Shown here piece by piece: positions 13,186 through 26,511 of a stretch of DNA of 64,000 bases. This stretch comes from Octopus sinensis (Eukaryota). The stretch's first letter is position 1; each line of letters begins with the position of its first letter. Location: NCBI RefSeq assembly GCF_006345805.1, contig NC_043023.1, positions 6,076,001 to 6,140,000 of the forward strand. The letters run 5' to 3'. Below the pieces are notes generated by a model that searched no databases, was not told where the DNA came from, and saw only the letters and a list, made by a program, of their open reading frames with translations. The translations under genes were made by a program, and so were the position numbers.

Positions 13186-13765
13186 TTAACAAGACCCATG
13201 ACACTACATGGACCCTAAGTAAGTCATGTATAAAATTTGAATGAAATTGGTTGTGTAGTTCTCAAGTTTGAGGGATCCATAGTGGAGAAGATATGATATT
13301 GCTGTGGGCTCGCCCTAGGCAAGAAGTTAAAATTGTTTTTTGCCCATGATACTACATGGACCCTAAGTAAGGCATGTGTAAAATTTGAATGAAATTGGTT
13401 GTGTAGTTCTCAAGTTTGAGGGATTCGTAGTGGAGAAGATATGATATTGCTGTGGGCTTGCCCTAGGCAAGAAGTTAAAATTGTTTTTTGCCCATGATAC
13501 TACATGGACCCTAAGTAAGTCATGTGTAAAATTTGAATGAAATTGGTTGTGTAGTTCTCAAGTTTGAGGGATTCGTAGTGGAGAAGATATGATATTGCTG
13601 TGGGCTTGCCCTAGGCAAGAAGTTAAAATTGTTTTTTGCCCATGATACTACATGGACCCTAAGTAAGGCATGTGTAAAATTTGAATGAAATTGGTTGTGA
13701 AGTTCTCAAGTTTTAGGGATTCACACAGACAGAGAGACACACATTCTCAGTTTTATATATATAGA
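13186..13765 (-). mobile_element. Helitron/Helentron-type non-autonomous element carrying a 148-bp tandem array
   Basis: ctacatggacc recurs at 13204, 13352, 13500 and 13648 (period 148). One end reads atctatatatataaaact on the - strand; the other is aacaag plus a short ccatg/catgg hairpin. Confidence 0.6.
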
Positions 13766-14043
13766 TATATATATAGATATAGATATATATGAGGTATTGT
13801 GATACTAATAACCTGATGTAGAACTCAGTATATGTCATCTTCAGAACAAAGTACAGAATGGTAATAAGAAAAAGAGATGACAAAGGTATAAACAATTATC
13901 TTATGAACTTTATTACCCTACAGCTGTTTCTGGTATAAGATGCAGTGGACTCATAGTTGAGAGCCTGAGTAAAACCTTATAGCTTTACCAGAGCTTTGAA
14001 TATGAAATCCACTGACTCTTATAGCAGAAATATCTGTAAGCTA

Positions 14044-14440
14044 TAGGCGCAGGAGTGGCTGCGTGGTAAGTAGCTTGCTTACCAACCACATGGTTCCGGG
14101 TTCAATCCCACTGCGTGACATCTTGGGCAAGTGTCTTCTGCTATAGCCCCGGGCCAACCAATGCCTTGTGAGTGGATTTGGTAGATGGAAACTGAAAGAA
14201 GCCCGTCATATATATGTATATGTTTGTGTGTCTGTGTCCCCCCCCCCTAGCATTGCTTGATAACCGATGCTGGTGTGTTTACGTCCCCGTTACTTAGCGG
14301 TTTGGCAAAAGAGACCGATAGAATAAGTACTGGGCTTACAAAAGAATAAGTCCCGGGGTCGAGTTGCTCGATTAAAGGCGGTGCTCCAGCATGGCCGCAG
14401 TCAAATGACTGAAACAAGTAAAAGAAAGAAAATAAAGAAA
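14044..14440 (+). mobile_element. Dominant tRNA-derived SINE (representative + strand copy)
   Basis: taggcgcaggagtggctg...gttcaatccc head, same body as the 8520-8975 copy, A-rich tail. Confidence 0.85.
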
Positions 14441-15152
14441 AAGCTAACGAAGTTCATAAGATAATTGTTTTTTCCTTTGTCAGTTCATTTCTTATTCATA
14501 GGCGCAGGAGTGGCTGTGTTGTAAGTAGCTTACTTACCAACCACATGGTTCCGAGTTCAGTCCCACTGCGTGGCACCTTGGGCAAATGTCTTCTACTATA
14601 GCCTTGGGCCAACCAAAGCCATGTGAGTGGATTTGGTAGATGGAAACTGAAAGAAGCCCGTCGTATATATCATCATCATCATCATCCTCATCATCATCAT
14701 TTAACGTCCGCTTTCCATGCTAGCATGGGTTGGACGGTTCAACTGGGGTCTGGGAAGCCCGAAGGCTGCACCAGGCCAGTCAGATCTGGCAGTGTTTCTA
14801 CAGCTGGATGTCCTTCCTAACGCCAACCACTCCGTGAGCGTAGTGGGTGCTTTTTACGTGCCACCGGCACAGGGGCCAGAGGAGGCTGGTGAACGGCCAC
14901 GCTCGGAAGGTGCTTTTTATGTGCCACCGGCATGGATGCCAGGCGAGGCTGGCAATGGCCACGATCGGATGGTATTTGTTACATGCCACCAGCACAGAGG
15001 CCAGTCGATGCGGTGCTGGCTATGGCCATGTTCGGATGGATTTCTTATGTGCCACCAGCACTGGTACCACAACTACAAATTCCACTGATGTTGAGCGATT
15101 TCGATTTGATTTTTTGATTTTCACTTGCCTCAACAGGTCTTCACAAGTAGAG

Positions 15153-15196
<44 letters not shown>

Positions 15197-15479
15197 GTAG
15201 AGTTATATGTATATATATATGTATGTGTGTGTATGTGTTTGTGTGTATGTGTTTGTCCCCCTAGCATTGCTTGACAACCGATGCTGGTGTGTTTACGTCC
15301 CCGTAACTTAGCAGTTCGGCAAAAGAGATTGATAGAATAAGTTGTAGGCTTACAAAGAATAAGTCCTGGGGTCGATTTGCTCGACTAAAGGCGGTGCTCC
15401 AGCATGGCCGCAGTCAAATGACTGAAACAAGTAAAAGAGTAAAAGAGTAAGAGTAAGCACAGGACTCGGAAGAACATTT

Positions 15480-16362
15480 TATTGAGTAAAACGAACGTCA
15501 CTGAAGCTCAGGGAGGTTGCCATACTTTTGGTGCCTAGGGGTGTTCCAGAATATTCTGGGTGGGCACTAATTTGTAATAGTGGGGTTTAGAAATAAGACA
15601 GGAAACGCAAACGACTCTCACTTCCTCGCCCTCCACCAACCCTCTCCTGCAATAAATGCCTCCGGTTCCTCTTGGCATTCTTTGGCCTGAACAGCCACCT
15701 CAGTCAATTTCTTTATTAACCATGAGGTTCAGAAAAAGAGGGGATGATACGAGGTCAGACAAAACAAACGTTGGGGTCAGGGTATCGAATGAGACGAAAC
15801 ATATGAATAAACAAACAATTAAAATATATACAATTAAATGAGAATGAGTGAATAACAAAAAATGAAGCGGAGGACGCGGTTGACCCCACAAACCACATCC
15901 TCACACTGAAGACTTTGCTTTCTCCTTTTTCACATTCTTGATTAAACAGGTTCTTTCACTCGCAACATACTTGCTATAGACTTCCATCTTTTATGAAACA
16001 CACTTTGCGACAGGCATTTCTTCTCCAGCCTTATTTTCTATTTCATGTGGAAAACGAAAAAGTCGATTAGCTCGAGACTGGAGATAAACATGCCTGTTGC
16101 AATTCCTTTCACTCTCGTCTTCCATACTACTTCTTTTGCCACAGCAACTACCGAGAGAAAACAGGTTCGCTCCTCCCTATTCAGGGAGGATGGCGGAACG
16201 ATCTTAATTACAGATTCGCTCTACAGTTGTACTCTTCTTGAATGCGACTTCGACATAAGCCCAGAGCTCAGTCACCTTGGGGCAATGCACAATCGTGTGC
16301 AGGACAGTTTCACTGTCCTGCTCGCATCTTGCACAAATTGGCGATGGCGCACACCCATGTCT
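15480..16362 (-). mobile_element. L1/Tx1-type LINE 3' remnant
   Basis: Reverse strand encodes APSPICARCEQDSETVLHTIVHCPKVTELWAYVE, a C-terminal CCHC knuckle of L1/Tx1 ORF2, followed by degenerate downstream sequence. Confidence 0.55.
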
Positions 16363-16594
16363 AAAGAGCTTATCTCTGTGTTTGTCCCCCTAGCATTGCT
16401 TGACAACCGATGCTGGAGTGTTTACGTCCCCGTCACTTAGCCCAGTAGTTTGAACCCAGAACCATGTGTTTGGTGAGCAAGCTCTTACCACACAGCCACT
16501 CCTACGCCTATATCTACATCCATACTCAAAAACCCACCCACCCTCTATCCCCATCTCCTTCGTCTTCATCATTTTCCCTCTCTTCTACAACCAG

Positions 16595-16965
16595 GTACAC
16601 CTGGAAAAAGGACAAACGGGACTTCAACGTGGCTGGCAGTGATGACTTTATCTCCACAGTACCAAACGAGGGAACACTTGTGTTCGAGCGACCCAAAAAG
16701 AAGGATGCCGGCACGTATCAATGTTTTGCAAACAACTCTTATGGGGTGGCCATGTCAGGCATCGTTGAGCTACGGCTTGCCTTCCTGATGCCGTACACCA
16801 ATCAGGAACCAGAGACCATCACTGTGTTACCAGGGGCATCTCTCGTCCTCCCTTGTAACAAGCCAATCAGTTACCCTGAGGCCAACGTGACGTGGGTGTT
16901 GAAACACAAAGATGGATCATTCAAGGCCTTTGACTTCACTGAACGAATCTTAATGGACCACCAAG
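16595..16965 (+). CDS. Ig exon D: end of Ig1 and first part of Ig2
   Basis: accag acceptor and G|gttagt donor; 371 nt, phase 2-1. Encodes YTWKKD...GTLVF...DAGTYQCFANNSYGVAMS...LRLAFL...LVLPCNKPISYPEANVTW...ERILMDHQ, the typical L1/neuroglian Ig1-Ig2 junction. Confidence 0.92.
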
Positions 16966-17933
16966 GTTAGTATAGCCTTCTCACCATGGCCACCACTACT
17001 AATACTGTTTTATCTTTTTTTTCTGTGTATAGGCGTAGGAGTGGCTGTGTGGTAAGTTGCTTGCTTATGAACCACATAGTTCCGGGTTCAGTCTCACAGT
17101 CTGGCACCTTGGGCAAGTGTCTTCTACTATCCAAGGGAAAGGCAAAGGGGCCGATACAGCTTGGCCCCTGTGACGTTGCAACTGTTAAGTAACGGGGGCA
17201 TAAACACACCAACACTGGTTGTCACTCAATAGTGGTGGGACAAACACACACAAAAATGCACATGTGCGAGCATGTGCACACACACACACACACACGCATA
17301 CACACACAATATGTACAACAGGCTTCTTTCAGTTTCCATCTACCAAATCCACTCACAAGGCTTTGGTTGATCTGAATCTATACTCTTTTACTCTTTTACA
17401 TGTTTCAGTCATTTGACTGGGGCCATGCTGGAGCACTGCCTTTAGTTGAGCAAATCGACTCCGGGACTTATTCTTTGTAAGTACTTATTCTATCGGTCTG
17501 TTTTGCCGAACCGCTAAGTGACGGGGACGTAAACACACCAGCATCAGTTGTCAAGCAATGCTAGGGGGACAAACACAGACACACAAACACATACACACAC
17601 ATACATATATATATATATATACATATATACGACAGGCTTCTTTCAGTTTCCGTCTACCAAATCCACTCACAAGGCTTTGGTCAGCCCGGGGCTATAGCAG
17701 AAGACACTGGCCCAAGATGCCATGCAGTGGGACTGAACCCGGAACCATGTAGTTGGTTAGCAAGCTACTTACCACACAGCCAGTAGAAGACACTTGCCCA
17801 AGATGCCATGCAGTGGGACTGAACCAGGAATCATGTGGTTGGGGTACAAGCTTCTTACCACACAACTCATCACTCAGAAATATACACAAAATTCCTCTCT
17901 CTACACCTCTCTCTCTCTCTCTTTCTCTTTCAG

Positions 17934-18062
17934 CCAACCTCATCTTTACTAATGTATTAGAAGAAGACTCCTGCAGAGACGCTGCCTATGTCTGCATGGC
18001 TACCAACAAGTTTAACCGAGAAGCCACACGGGGCAAACCGTTTCATTTGAAAACTATACCAA
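17934..18062 (+). CDS. Ig exon E: end of Ig2
   Basis: ctctttcag acceptor and A|gtgagt donor; 129 nt, phase 1-1. Encodes ANLIFTNVLEEDSCRDAAYVCMATNKFNREATRGKPFHLKTIP (L.F.NV...D...Y.C motif). Confidence 0.9.
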
Positions 18063-18150
18063 GTGAGTTTTTCTTTCATTTTGAAATGAACACATTTCCC
18101 TTTTGCATTTACACTGACCATATCTGGCCAATATATTTTTCTTCTTGTAT

Positions 18151-18932
18151 AAGGCGGCAAGCTGGCAGAAAAGTTAGCACGCCGGGCAAAATGCTTAGCC
18201 ATATTTTGTCTGCCATTACGTTCTCAGTTCAAATTCCGCCGAGGTCGACTTTGCCTTTCATCCTTTCGGGGTCGATAAATTAAGTACCAATTACGCACTG
18301 GAGTCAATGTAATCGACTTAATCCATTTGTCTGTCCTTGTTTGTCTCTTCCTTGTTTAGCCCCTTATGGACAATAAAGAAATAGGTATTTCATCTGTCTT
18401 TACGTTCTGAGTTCAAATTCTGCCGAGGTCGACTTTGCCTTTCATCCTTTCGGGGTCGATAAATTAAGTATCAATTACGCACTGGGGTCAATGTAATTGA
18501 CTTAATCCGTTTGTCTGTCCTTGTTTGTCCCCTCTGTATTTAGCCCCTTGTGGGTAGTAAAGAAATAGGTATTTCATCTGTCGTTATGTTCTGAGTTCAA
18601 ATTCCGCCAAGGACTTTGCCTTTCATCCCTTCGGGGTCGATAAATTAAGTACCAATTATGCACTGGGGTCGATGTAATCGACTTAATCCGTTGTCTGTCC
18701 TTATTTGTCCCCTCTGTGTTTAGCCCCTTGTGGGTAGTAAAGAAATAGGTATTTCATCTGTCTTCACATTCTGAGTTCAAATTCCGCCGAGGTTGACTTT
18801 GCCTTTCATCCTTTCGGGGTCGATGAATTAAGTACCAATTACGCACTGGGCTCAATGTAATCGACTTAATCCGTTTGTCTGTCCTTGTTTGTCTCCTCTG
18901 TGTTTAGCCCCTTGTGGGGGCAGTAAAGAAGT
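18151..18932 (+). mobile_element. tRNA-derived SINE with four tandem ~185-bp 3' units and a 20-bp TSD
   Basis: Head aaggcggc.agctggcag and four gttcaaatt..gccgagg units; atatatttttcttcttgtat at 18131-18150 and 18933-18952. A monomeric copy at 21557-21790 has a 17-bp TSD. Confidence 0.8.
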
Positions 18933-19443
18933 ATATATTTTTCTTCTTGTATGCCAGATCCTGCCTGTCACACCTACCCTATAATGTCATTCTAAAGTAA
19001 ACAATCACATGATTAAAATTTCAAAGCTATGAGATAGCTTAGGCGCAGGAGTAGCTGTGTGGTAAGTAGCTTGCTTACCAACCACATGGTTCCAGGTTCA
19101 GTCTCACAGTGTGGCACTTTGGGCAAGTGTCTTCTACTATAGCCTCAGGCGGACCAAAGCCTTGTGAGTGGATTTGGTAGATGGAAACTGAAAGAAACCC
19201 ATCGTATATATGTTTATGTATATATGTGTGTGTCTGTGTTTGTCTCCCCAACATCACTTGACAACCAATGCTGGTGTGTTTCCATCCCCGTAACTTAGCG
19301 GTTCGGCAACAGAGACCAATAGAATAAGTACTAGGCTTACAACGGATAAGACCTGGGGTCGATTAAGTGGGAATAAATATGTTAAATGATGATGATGATG
19401 ATGATGATGATATAGAAGTTCCTTGTCTTTTGTCTACTTTCAG

Positions 19444-19546
19444 TGCCACCTGAAAATCACCAGCCTCATCTAATCAATGTTGCCCCTAATAAGGGGCTCT
19501 TTCTTAAGGGAGACACAGTGAAGTTGCAGTGTATATTTGGTGGACA
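19444..19546 (+). CDS. Ig exon F: start of Ig3
   Basis: ctttcag acceptor and CA|gtgagt donor; 103 nt, phase 1-2. Encodes MPPENHQPHLINVAPNKGLFLKGDTVKLQCIFGG(H); CIFGG.P.P is characteristic of neuroglian Ig3. Confidence 0.88.
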
Positions 19547-19589
19547 GTGAGTTCAATTCTGCCTCATTTCCTTGGTCCTGTGGACCTCC

Positions 19590-20330
19590 GCCATCACCAG
19601 CATTCTTTAACCACCACCACCACCAATTCTACCACCGACACCACCACCATTACTACCACCACCACCAATACTACCACCGACACCACCACCACTATCACCA
19701 CCACCAACACTATCGACGCCTACACCACAACCATTATCACCACCACTACCACCACCATTATTGACACCACCACCATTGCCACAATCACTGCTACCACCAC
19801 TATCACCACCACCAACACTATCGCCACCACCACCATTATCACCATCACTACCACCACCACCAACACTATCACCACCACCAACACTATCGACGCCTACACC
19901 ACAACCATTATCACCACCACTACCACCACCATTATTGACACCACCACCATTGCCACAATCACTGCTACCACCACTATCACCACCACCAACACTATCGCCA
20001 CCACCACCATTATCACCATCACTACCACCACCACCAACACTATCGACACAGCTACCACCACAACCACTACCACTATCAGCATCACCAACACTATCGACGC
20101 CACCATTACTACCACCAACACTATCACCACCACCAACACTATCGCCACCACCACCATTATCACCATCACTACCACCACCACCAACACTATCGACGCCAAC
20201 ACCACAACCATTATCACCACCACTACCACCACCTCCATCACTACCATTACCCCAATCACTGCTACCACCACCACAAACCATACCAGCACCGACACCATCC
20301 ATCACCACCAACACCACCACCAACACTGCT
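19590..20330. repeat. (ACC)n-derived low-complexity tract with a 174-bp internal duplication
   Basis: Compound ACC/ACT/ATC triplets starting about 45 nt after the exon F donor; cgacgcctacacc at 19714 and 19888. Confidence 0.9.
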
Positions 20331-20811
20331 GCCCTCACAATTGGTAAACAACCAAGCTTATACGTGATTGCTTACTCTACTAGAAATGGCAGCCAAATAT
20401 CCCTCAAACCACATTCAAACTTCTTAGAGAAGATCACTTTGGATAATACCATCCTGCATTTACTGTGCATAGGACCAAACAGGATGGTCACGGATAGAAT
20501 GTCTTTGATCATAGATCTGCTCCAGCGAGCCTGACCTAGGGCTAAACAACATCATCATCATCATCATCATAATTACTTTCCTTTTATGTAATGCTTACCT
20601 TTCTATATTCACCAGTCATAGGCACAGGAGTTGCTGTGTGGTAAGAAGCTTGCTTACCAACCACTTGGTTCCAGGTTCAGGCCCACTGCATGATGCTTTG
20701 AGCAGGTGTCTTCTACTATAGCCTCAGGTCAACCAAAGCCTTGTGAGTGGATTTGGTAGACAGAAGCTGAAAGAAGCCCGTCGTGTATATATATATATAT
20801 ATATATATATA

Positions 20812-21469
20812 CTAGCACTATGACCCAGCTACAGTCAAATTGACTGAAACAAGTAATAGAGTATATATATATATATATATATTTCAGGGGAGAGTTTCAG
20901 GGTGTCACTGGCGATGTATTGTGATGATCAAAAATCCGGCCTGCTAAAATTTGGTTAAAGTGATTCAAACTGCAGACTCAACGCCAAATGGTCACATTTA
21001 ATTCAAAGCGTTAAAAATGTTATGACACCAATTGTTATGTGTTCACAAAGTCCAAACTATTAATACGACAAAAACCCTCCAGGCTACATCCCGAAAATTC
21101 ATTTCTTTGCCGAATTTCTACAATGTTTACGGCGATTCGTTTTTATATCTTGATTTTTTATTTTTCATGCAATTTATGCATGCTTGCACGCATGGTGAAC
21201 ACAGTTCACGTCAAACAGCTGACTGAGTAAAGTTCACTATTCAATGCATGGGATAAGGCCTAAACAAACACATTATCGATTTTTGCACTTGCAAGATGAA
21301 TTTCGGAACAGAAATAGCGCAGTTCAATTTTCATTCGCCTAAACTTTAAGTGACCCATTTTTGATGATTCTACGATTTGTTGGCTAGGAGAAGATGTGCC
21401 GGGAAGTTAAACACACAGAAACACACACATTCACACATAGACACACAAGTTGAGTTTTATATATATAGA
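20812..21469 (-). mobile_element. Non-autonomous Helitron
   Basis: The - strand starts a|TCtatatatataaaact at 21469 and ends ...gggtcatagtgCTAG|t at 20812; a short SINE-tail/TA segment sits near the 3' end. Confidence 0.55.
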
Positions 21470-21974
21470 TATGAGTTGAAAACTTTGTTTTAACATTTCA
21501 CTTAACGTCTATGTTCCATGCTGGCATGGGTTGGAGAGTTATTAATGTAGAAAGTTGAAGGCGGCGAGCTGGCAAAAACGTTAGCACGCCGGGCGAAATG
21601 CGTAGCCATATTTCGTCTGCCGTTAAGTTCTGAGTTCAAATTCCGCCGAGGTCGACTTTGCCTTTCATCCTTCAGGGTTCGATAAATAAAGTACCAGTTT
21701 CACACTGGGGTCGATGTAATCGACTTAATTCGTTTGTCTGCCCTTCTTTGTCCCCTCTATGTTTAGCCCCTTGTGGGCAATAAAGAAATATATTAATGTA
21801 GAAAGTTTGTATCTCAGCTAATAGCAGTTGAGACCTGAGTAATCTAGACAGCGTTTTTAAATTTCGTTATTTTCTTTAACCCAGGCAATGCCGGGTATTT
21901 CTGCAAGTATTATCTATAACATTACATTTGTTTTTAGCCCCCCCAACTCCTTATGTCTTATTTCTCATTCTCAG

Positions 21975-22180
21975 TCCGACACCGGAAATCCGATGGTTCC
22001 GAAACACTAAAGAGAGAAGAATACAAATAGAGCAGGATACAAAGTATCGGTTTTCCAGCTCTAAGCATCAGCTCAATATTCTGGATGCTGGGTTTGAGGA
22101 CGAAGGAATCTATGAATGCCACGCACGTGTAACAAGTTTCAGCCAGGCAATGCAACGAGTCATGACCGTGAAGATTGAAT
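21975..22180 (+). CDS. Ig exon G: end of Ig3
   Basis: ttctcag acceptor and T|gtaaat donor; 206 nt, phase 2-1. Encodes PTPEIRWFRN...QLNILDAGFEDEGIYECHA...VMTVKIE. Confidence 0.9.
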
Positions 22181-22335
22181 GTAAATCTGAATAAGTATTC
22201 CGTTATTCTTTTATTCTTTAACTGGTTTCAGTCTTTGGTCTGTGGCCAAGCTGCAGCATTATCTTCAAGACATTTGAGTGGTCGTATCAAGCCCAGCATT
22301 TGTAGACTTGTACATAATGCATATGTTCCCTGTAT

Positions 22336-22387
<52 letters not shown>

Positions 22388-22514
22388 GGATTGTATGTAT
22401 ATATATATATAGGTGTGTATGTGTATATATATATATTATATATAATATTATATATATGTATGTATATAGGTGTGTATGTGTATATTTATGCATATATATT
22501 ATATGTATATATAT

Positions 22515-22760
22515 ATTGGGTATCACTCCATCACACTCTCTTCTCACTTGCTCTCGTTTCTATCTCTTTATTTAGACAACATTTCTCTAACTCTCATAAG
22601 TATCAAACTCTTTAACATTCGTAATGTTAAGGTCAGCTATGCTTGCGTAGATAATGACATTTACAACATTTTATACTAAATCAACAGAGAAACATGTACC
22701 ACACACTCACTCACTCCATCCCATACGTAATTACTGATGCCACCAGCTGCCTACTGGGAG

Positions 22761-22799
<39 letters not shown>

Positions 22800-23273
22800 G
22801 AATGTACATTTGTGTGCATATAGGTGTGTTTGTGCGCGTGGGTGTGTGTGTAGGTGTGAACAGAAACAGGAGATTTCCTTATTAGTATGTCTGAAAGAGT
22901 ACATGTGATGTATATATCTTCATTCAAGCCCATTGGCATTTATGCTTATAATGTCTCGTGATGGCATTAGATGATGTGTGCGTAGCTCTACAGACCACAG
23001 AATTTGGGAGGCAGGATACTCCCAGTAGGCAGCTGGTGGCATCAGTAATTACAGGCTAACGTATGGGATGGAGTGAGTGAGTGTGTGGGTACATGTTTCT
23101 CTTTTGTTTTAGTATAAAATGTTGTAAATGTCATTATCTACGCAAGCATAGCTGACCTTAACATTATGAATGTTAAAGAGTTTGATACTTATGAGAGTTA
23201 GAGAAATGTTGTCTAAATAAAGAGATAGAAACGGGAACAAGTGAGAAGAGAGTGTGATGGAGTGATACCCAAT
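22515..23273. repeat. Intronic inverted repeat with ~250-bp arms
   Basis: 22515-22763 is the reverse complement of 23016-23273 with few differences; spacer about 250 nt. Confidence 0.9.
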
Positions 23274-23365
23274 CACACAATCATTGTTGTACTTGTTGAT
23301 ATTGTTGCTGATTTGGTTGATATTATAGTTGTTGATATTGATATGGTTGTTATTGTGTGTTTCAG

Positions 23366-23497
23366 CTAAACCTGAATGGACGAAACCAAAAAGTATTGTG
23401 ACCAGTGTGGGCAGTTCAGTTACCTTCATCTGTAATGGAACTAGCAAACCTCCCATCAGTAAACACATGTGGTACATCAATGGAAAGAGAATTAACG
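23366..23497 (+). CDS. Ig exon H: start of Ig4
   Basis: gtttcag acceptor and G|gtaagt donor; 132 nt, phase 1-1. Encodes SKPEWTKPKSIVTSVGSSVTFICNGTSKPPISKHMWYINGKRIN. Confidence 0.88.
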
Positions 23498-24334
23498 GTA
23501 AGTAGTGACACTGATGATGGAGGTGGTGATGATGATGATGATGATGACAATGACTATGAACTTGTGTATATGTGAATACATGCATATCCATGCACATACA
23601 CACACACACATATTATTAACCCAGTATTTGGTTAATATATAATATACTTCATATATTATATATTAACCAAAATGAAGTAGATTGACAAAATTATGTTTTC
23701 AACCTGTTGAAGACACATGAGATGTTGCTATATCGTTCGCTAGATGAGAATGGCACTCTTCTTTTAATTTTGACTCTATTATTATTATTATTGAGTGAGA
23801 GAGCAGTGCATGCCATAAAAGTGATGCTGGGGTAAAATATACGAACCCAGTATACCCATCATGACTATCCGTCTGATAAGGGTACACTAGGCACATGCAT
23901 CACAACCATATGTGCGCAACATGGTGATCTCATATCAAGATAAACATCACATGACCTTGCAGTTAGAATTTTCTTCTGGTCAAGTAACTCATCCCGCTCA
24001 AAAGGTCCCTGAATAAGGGCTGTTTAAGGATGTTGAACGAAACACCCATGTTTCCAGAGGTGAATTATTCTAACCCCAAAGAATCCTTCTCAACACATGG
24101 CTATGATGCTCCCCCACTACTTCTGCTCGTGATCAGAGATGCTTATATCATCAGCCACTAAGGGACATGCTCAACTGGTTACAGTCAAACAACTGAGAAA
24201 CAAATTTGTGGTATTGAGCAGAATATTTGCTCTAGCCCATCTTTTATACCAAGACAAAACAATGTACATGATAACACTTCCAATCAGTTAAGATCAGAAG
24301 TTATGACAGCCACTGCCTTGTACTGCATCGGGGC

Positions 24335-24368
<34 letters not shown>

Positions 24369-24379
24369 GATATAATATC

Positions 24380-25260
24380 CTCGAAAAAATATCCTCACTT
24401 CAAGCAGATATTTCCTCAGCTGCCTATCATAGCCTTTAGACGGAATATGAATATAAGAGAATTATTGACCTCTATATCTGACTCCAAGAAAACGAACACT
24501 GGAGTATCTACACACTGTACCTTAAAGAACAGCCACAAGAGAGGTAAGCCCTGTCCATTGTGCAACAACATGAGTGAAGTGAATTCCATCAGACTTATAC
24601 AGAAGGTGGAACATGTAAAGATATTTATTTGGTGTACGCTGCAGAATGCACGAAACACAACTTAATTTATGTTGGTTGCACAACAGAACAATTAAAGAAA
24701 AGGTTTAATGGGCACAGATTCGACATCAGGCTCAATAACAGTAGTTCGACAGAACTTGCTGAATATTTTGTTTCAAGCGGCTTCAATTTTGAAGAAAACT
24801 TGAAAATGCATATTCTCAGAAAATATTCTGAATCTGCTACACTTTCAATACTCAAAATGCATGAGGGGAAATGTGTTTGAAGGTTATTAACATCACGCCC
24901 AGGAGGAAAGGATAATATCATCAAATTTATACAAAACTGTTTGATTAAATATTCTTCTTTCCTTTTTTCTGTCATCCTCTTTTTTCTGTTATATTTTTTC
25001 TGTCTTTTTCTTTTCGCCTGTTACAAAATTGTAACTTAGAAACTGATGATGTCATTCCATCAACGTGTGGACGCTGGTTGCTCTCATTCATACTTTACGT
25101 TTAAATCTCTGTAATTTTGAATTTTTATCACTTCTTATTTTGAACTTGACAAAGACAGACGTACTGTTGAAATATCATTCAAATATTAAAATACCTTACA
25201 ATCGAATCATGCTCTTCATCTTCACTGTTTACCTCTGTGAAGAGTTACGTCAAACCTTTC
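24380..25260 (+). mobile_element. Penelope-like element remnant (GIY-YIG endonuclease end)
   Basis: Encodes IIAFRRNMNIRELL, a C..C motif (CPLCNNM) and VYAAECTKHNLIYVGCTTEQLKKRFNGHR (GIY-YIG-like), with frameshifts. Confidence 0.75.
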
Positions 25261-25728
25261 TAAAGTATTATTATTATTATTATTATTAACCCATGGCCTC
25301 AGTCCACTTATGCATACCTTTCCTTCTTGGGACAACAAACTCTACTTGTGAAGACCTGTTGAGGCAAGTGAAAATCAAAATCAAAATCAAAATCAATCAA
25401 CTTCAATGGAAATCGTAGCTGTGATACCAGTGCCCGTGGCACATAAGAGAACCGTCCGAACGTGGCCGTTGCCAGCGCTGCCCTGACTGCCTCCATGCCA
25501 GTGGCACATAAAAAGCACCATCTGATCGTGGCCGTTTGCTAGCCTCGTCTGGCACCTGTGCCAGTGGCACTACACTCATGGAGTGGTTGGCGTTAGGATG
25601 GGCATCCAGCTGTAGAAACATTACCAGATCAGGCTGGGCCTGGTGCAGCCTTCTGGCTTCTCAGACCCCGGTTGAACCGTCCAACCTATGCCAGCATGGA
25701 AAGCGGACGCTAAACGATGATGATGATG

Positions 25729-25763
<35 letters not shown>

Positions 25764-25953
25764 TCTTTTACTGGCTTCAGTCATTTGACTGTGGCCATGT
25801 TGGGGCACCGCCTTTAGTCAACTAAACCGACCCCAGAACATATTCTTTGTAAGCCTAGTACTTATTCTATCGGTCTCTTTTTGCTGAACCACTAAGTTGT
25901 CAAGTGATGTTGGGGGGACAAATACAGACACACAAACATATACACACATGTAC

Positions 25954-25991
<38 letters not shown>

Positions 25992-26456
25992 TAATAAATA
26001 AAATATATGCATACATACAAACATATATGTACGTACCTACATCTACATGTATATATACATGCATATATAAATATATATACGTGAGTACAGGACACCACAA
26101 CTAGACGTAGAACTCAACGAGAAACGAAAACGGAAAAACCATTTTTTGCAACAGAAAAACAGAGTACAGGACATACTACACAAGGAAAAATCCCCTATCA
26201 TCAGCTGTCACTAGTTCGACTCCAGCATGTTTCGAAGGCAAGACAGGACATGACTCGCCAAACTAGTCCTTCCTGCGAGAGAATTAAAATAAAATTACCT
26301 CGCAGAGGGGTAAAAACAAGCAAGAAAAAAATGTAACACAAACAGGATGTAAAAACGATACAAATAAAACTACAATATATATATATGATGGGCTTCTTTC
26401 AGTTTCTGTCTACCAAATCCACTCACAAGGCTTTGGTCAGCCCAGTGGGACATTAA

Positions 26457-26509
<53 letters not shown>

Positions 26510-26511
<2 letters not shown>

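Noticed and set aside
13196-13719. Regular repeat array as a possible CRISPR
   Set aside because: Head-to-tail 148-bp units with no unique spacers, no cas genes, eukaryotic context.
19529-20534. Long Thr-, Pro-, Gly- and Val-rich ORFs resembling a mucin stalk next to Ig3
   Set aside because: All frames are open because the tract is a triplet repeat. The exon F frame stops right after the donor (GGA CAG TGA), and F splices cleanly to G.
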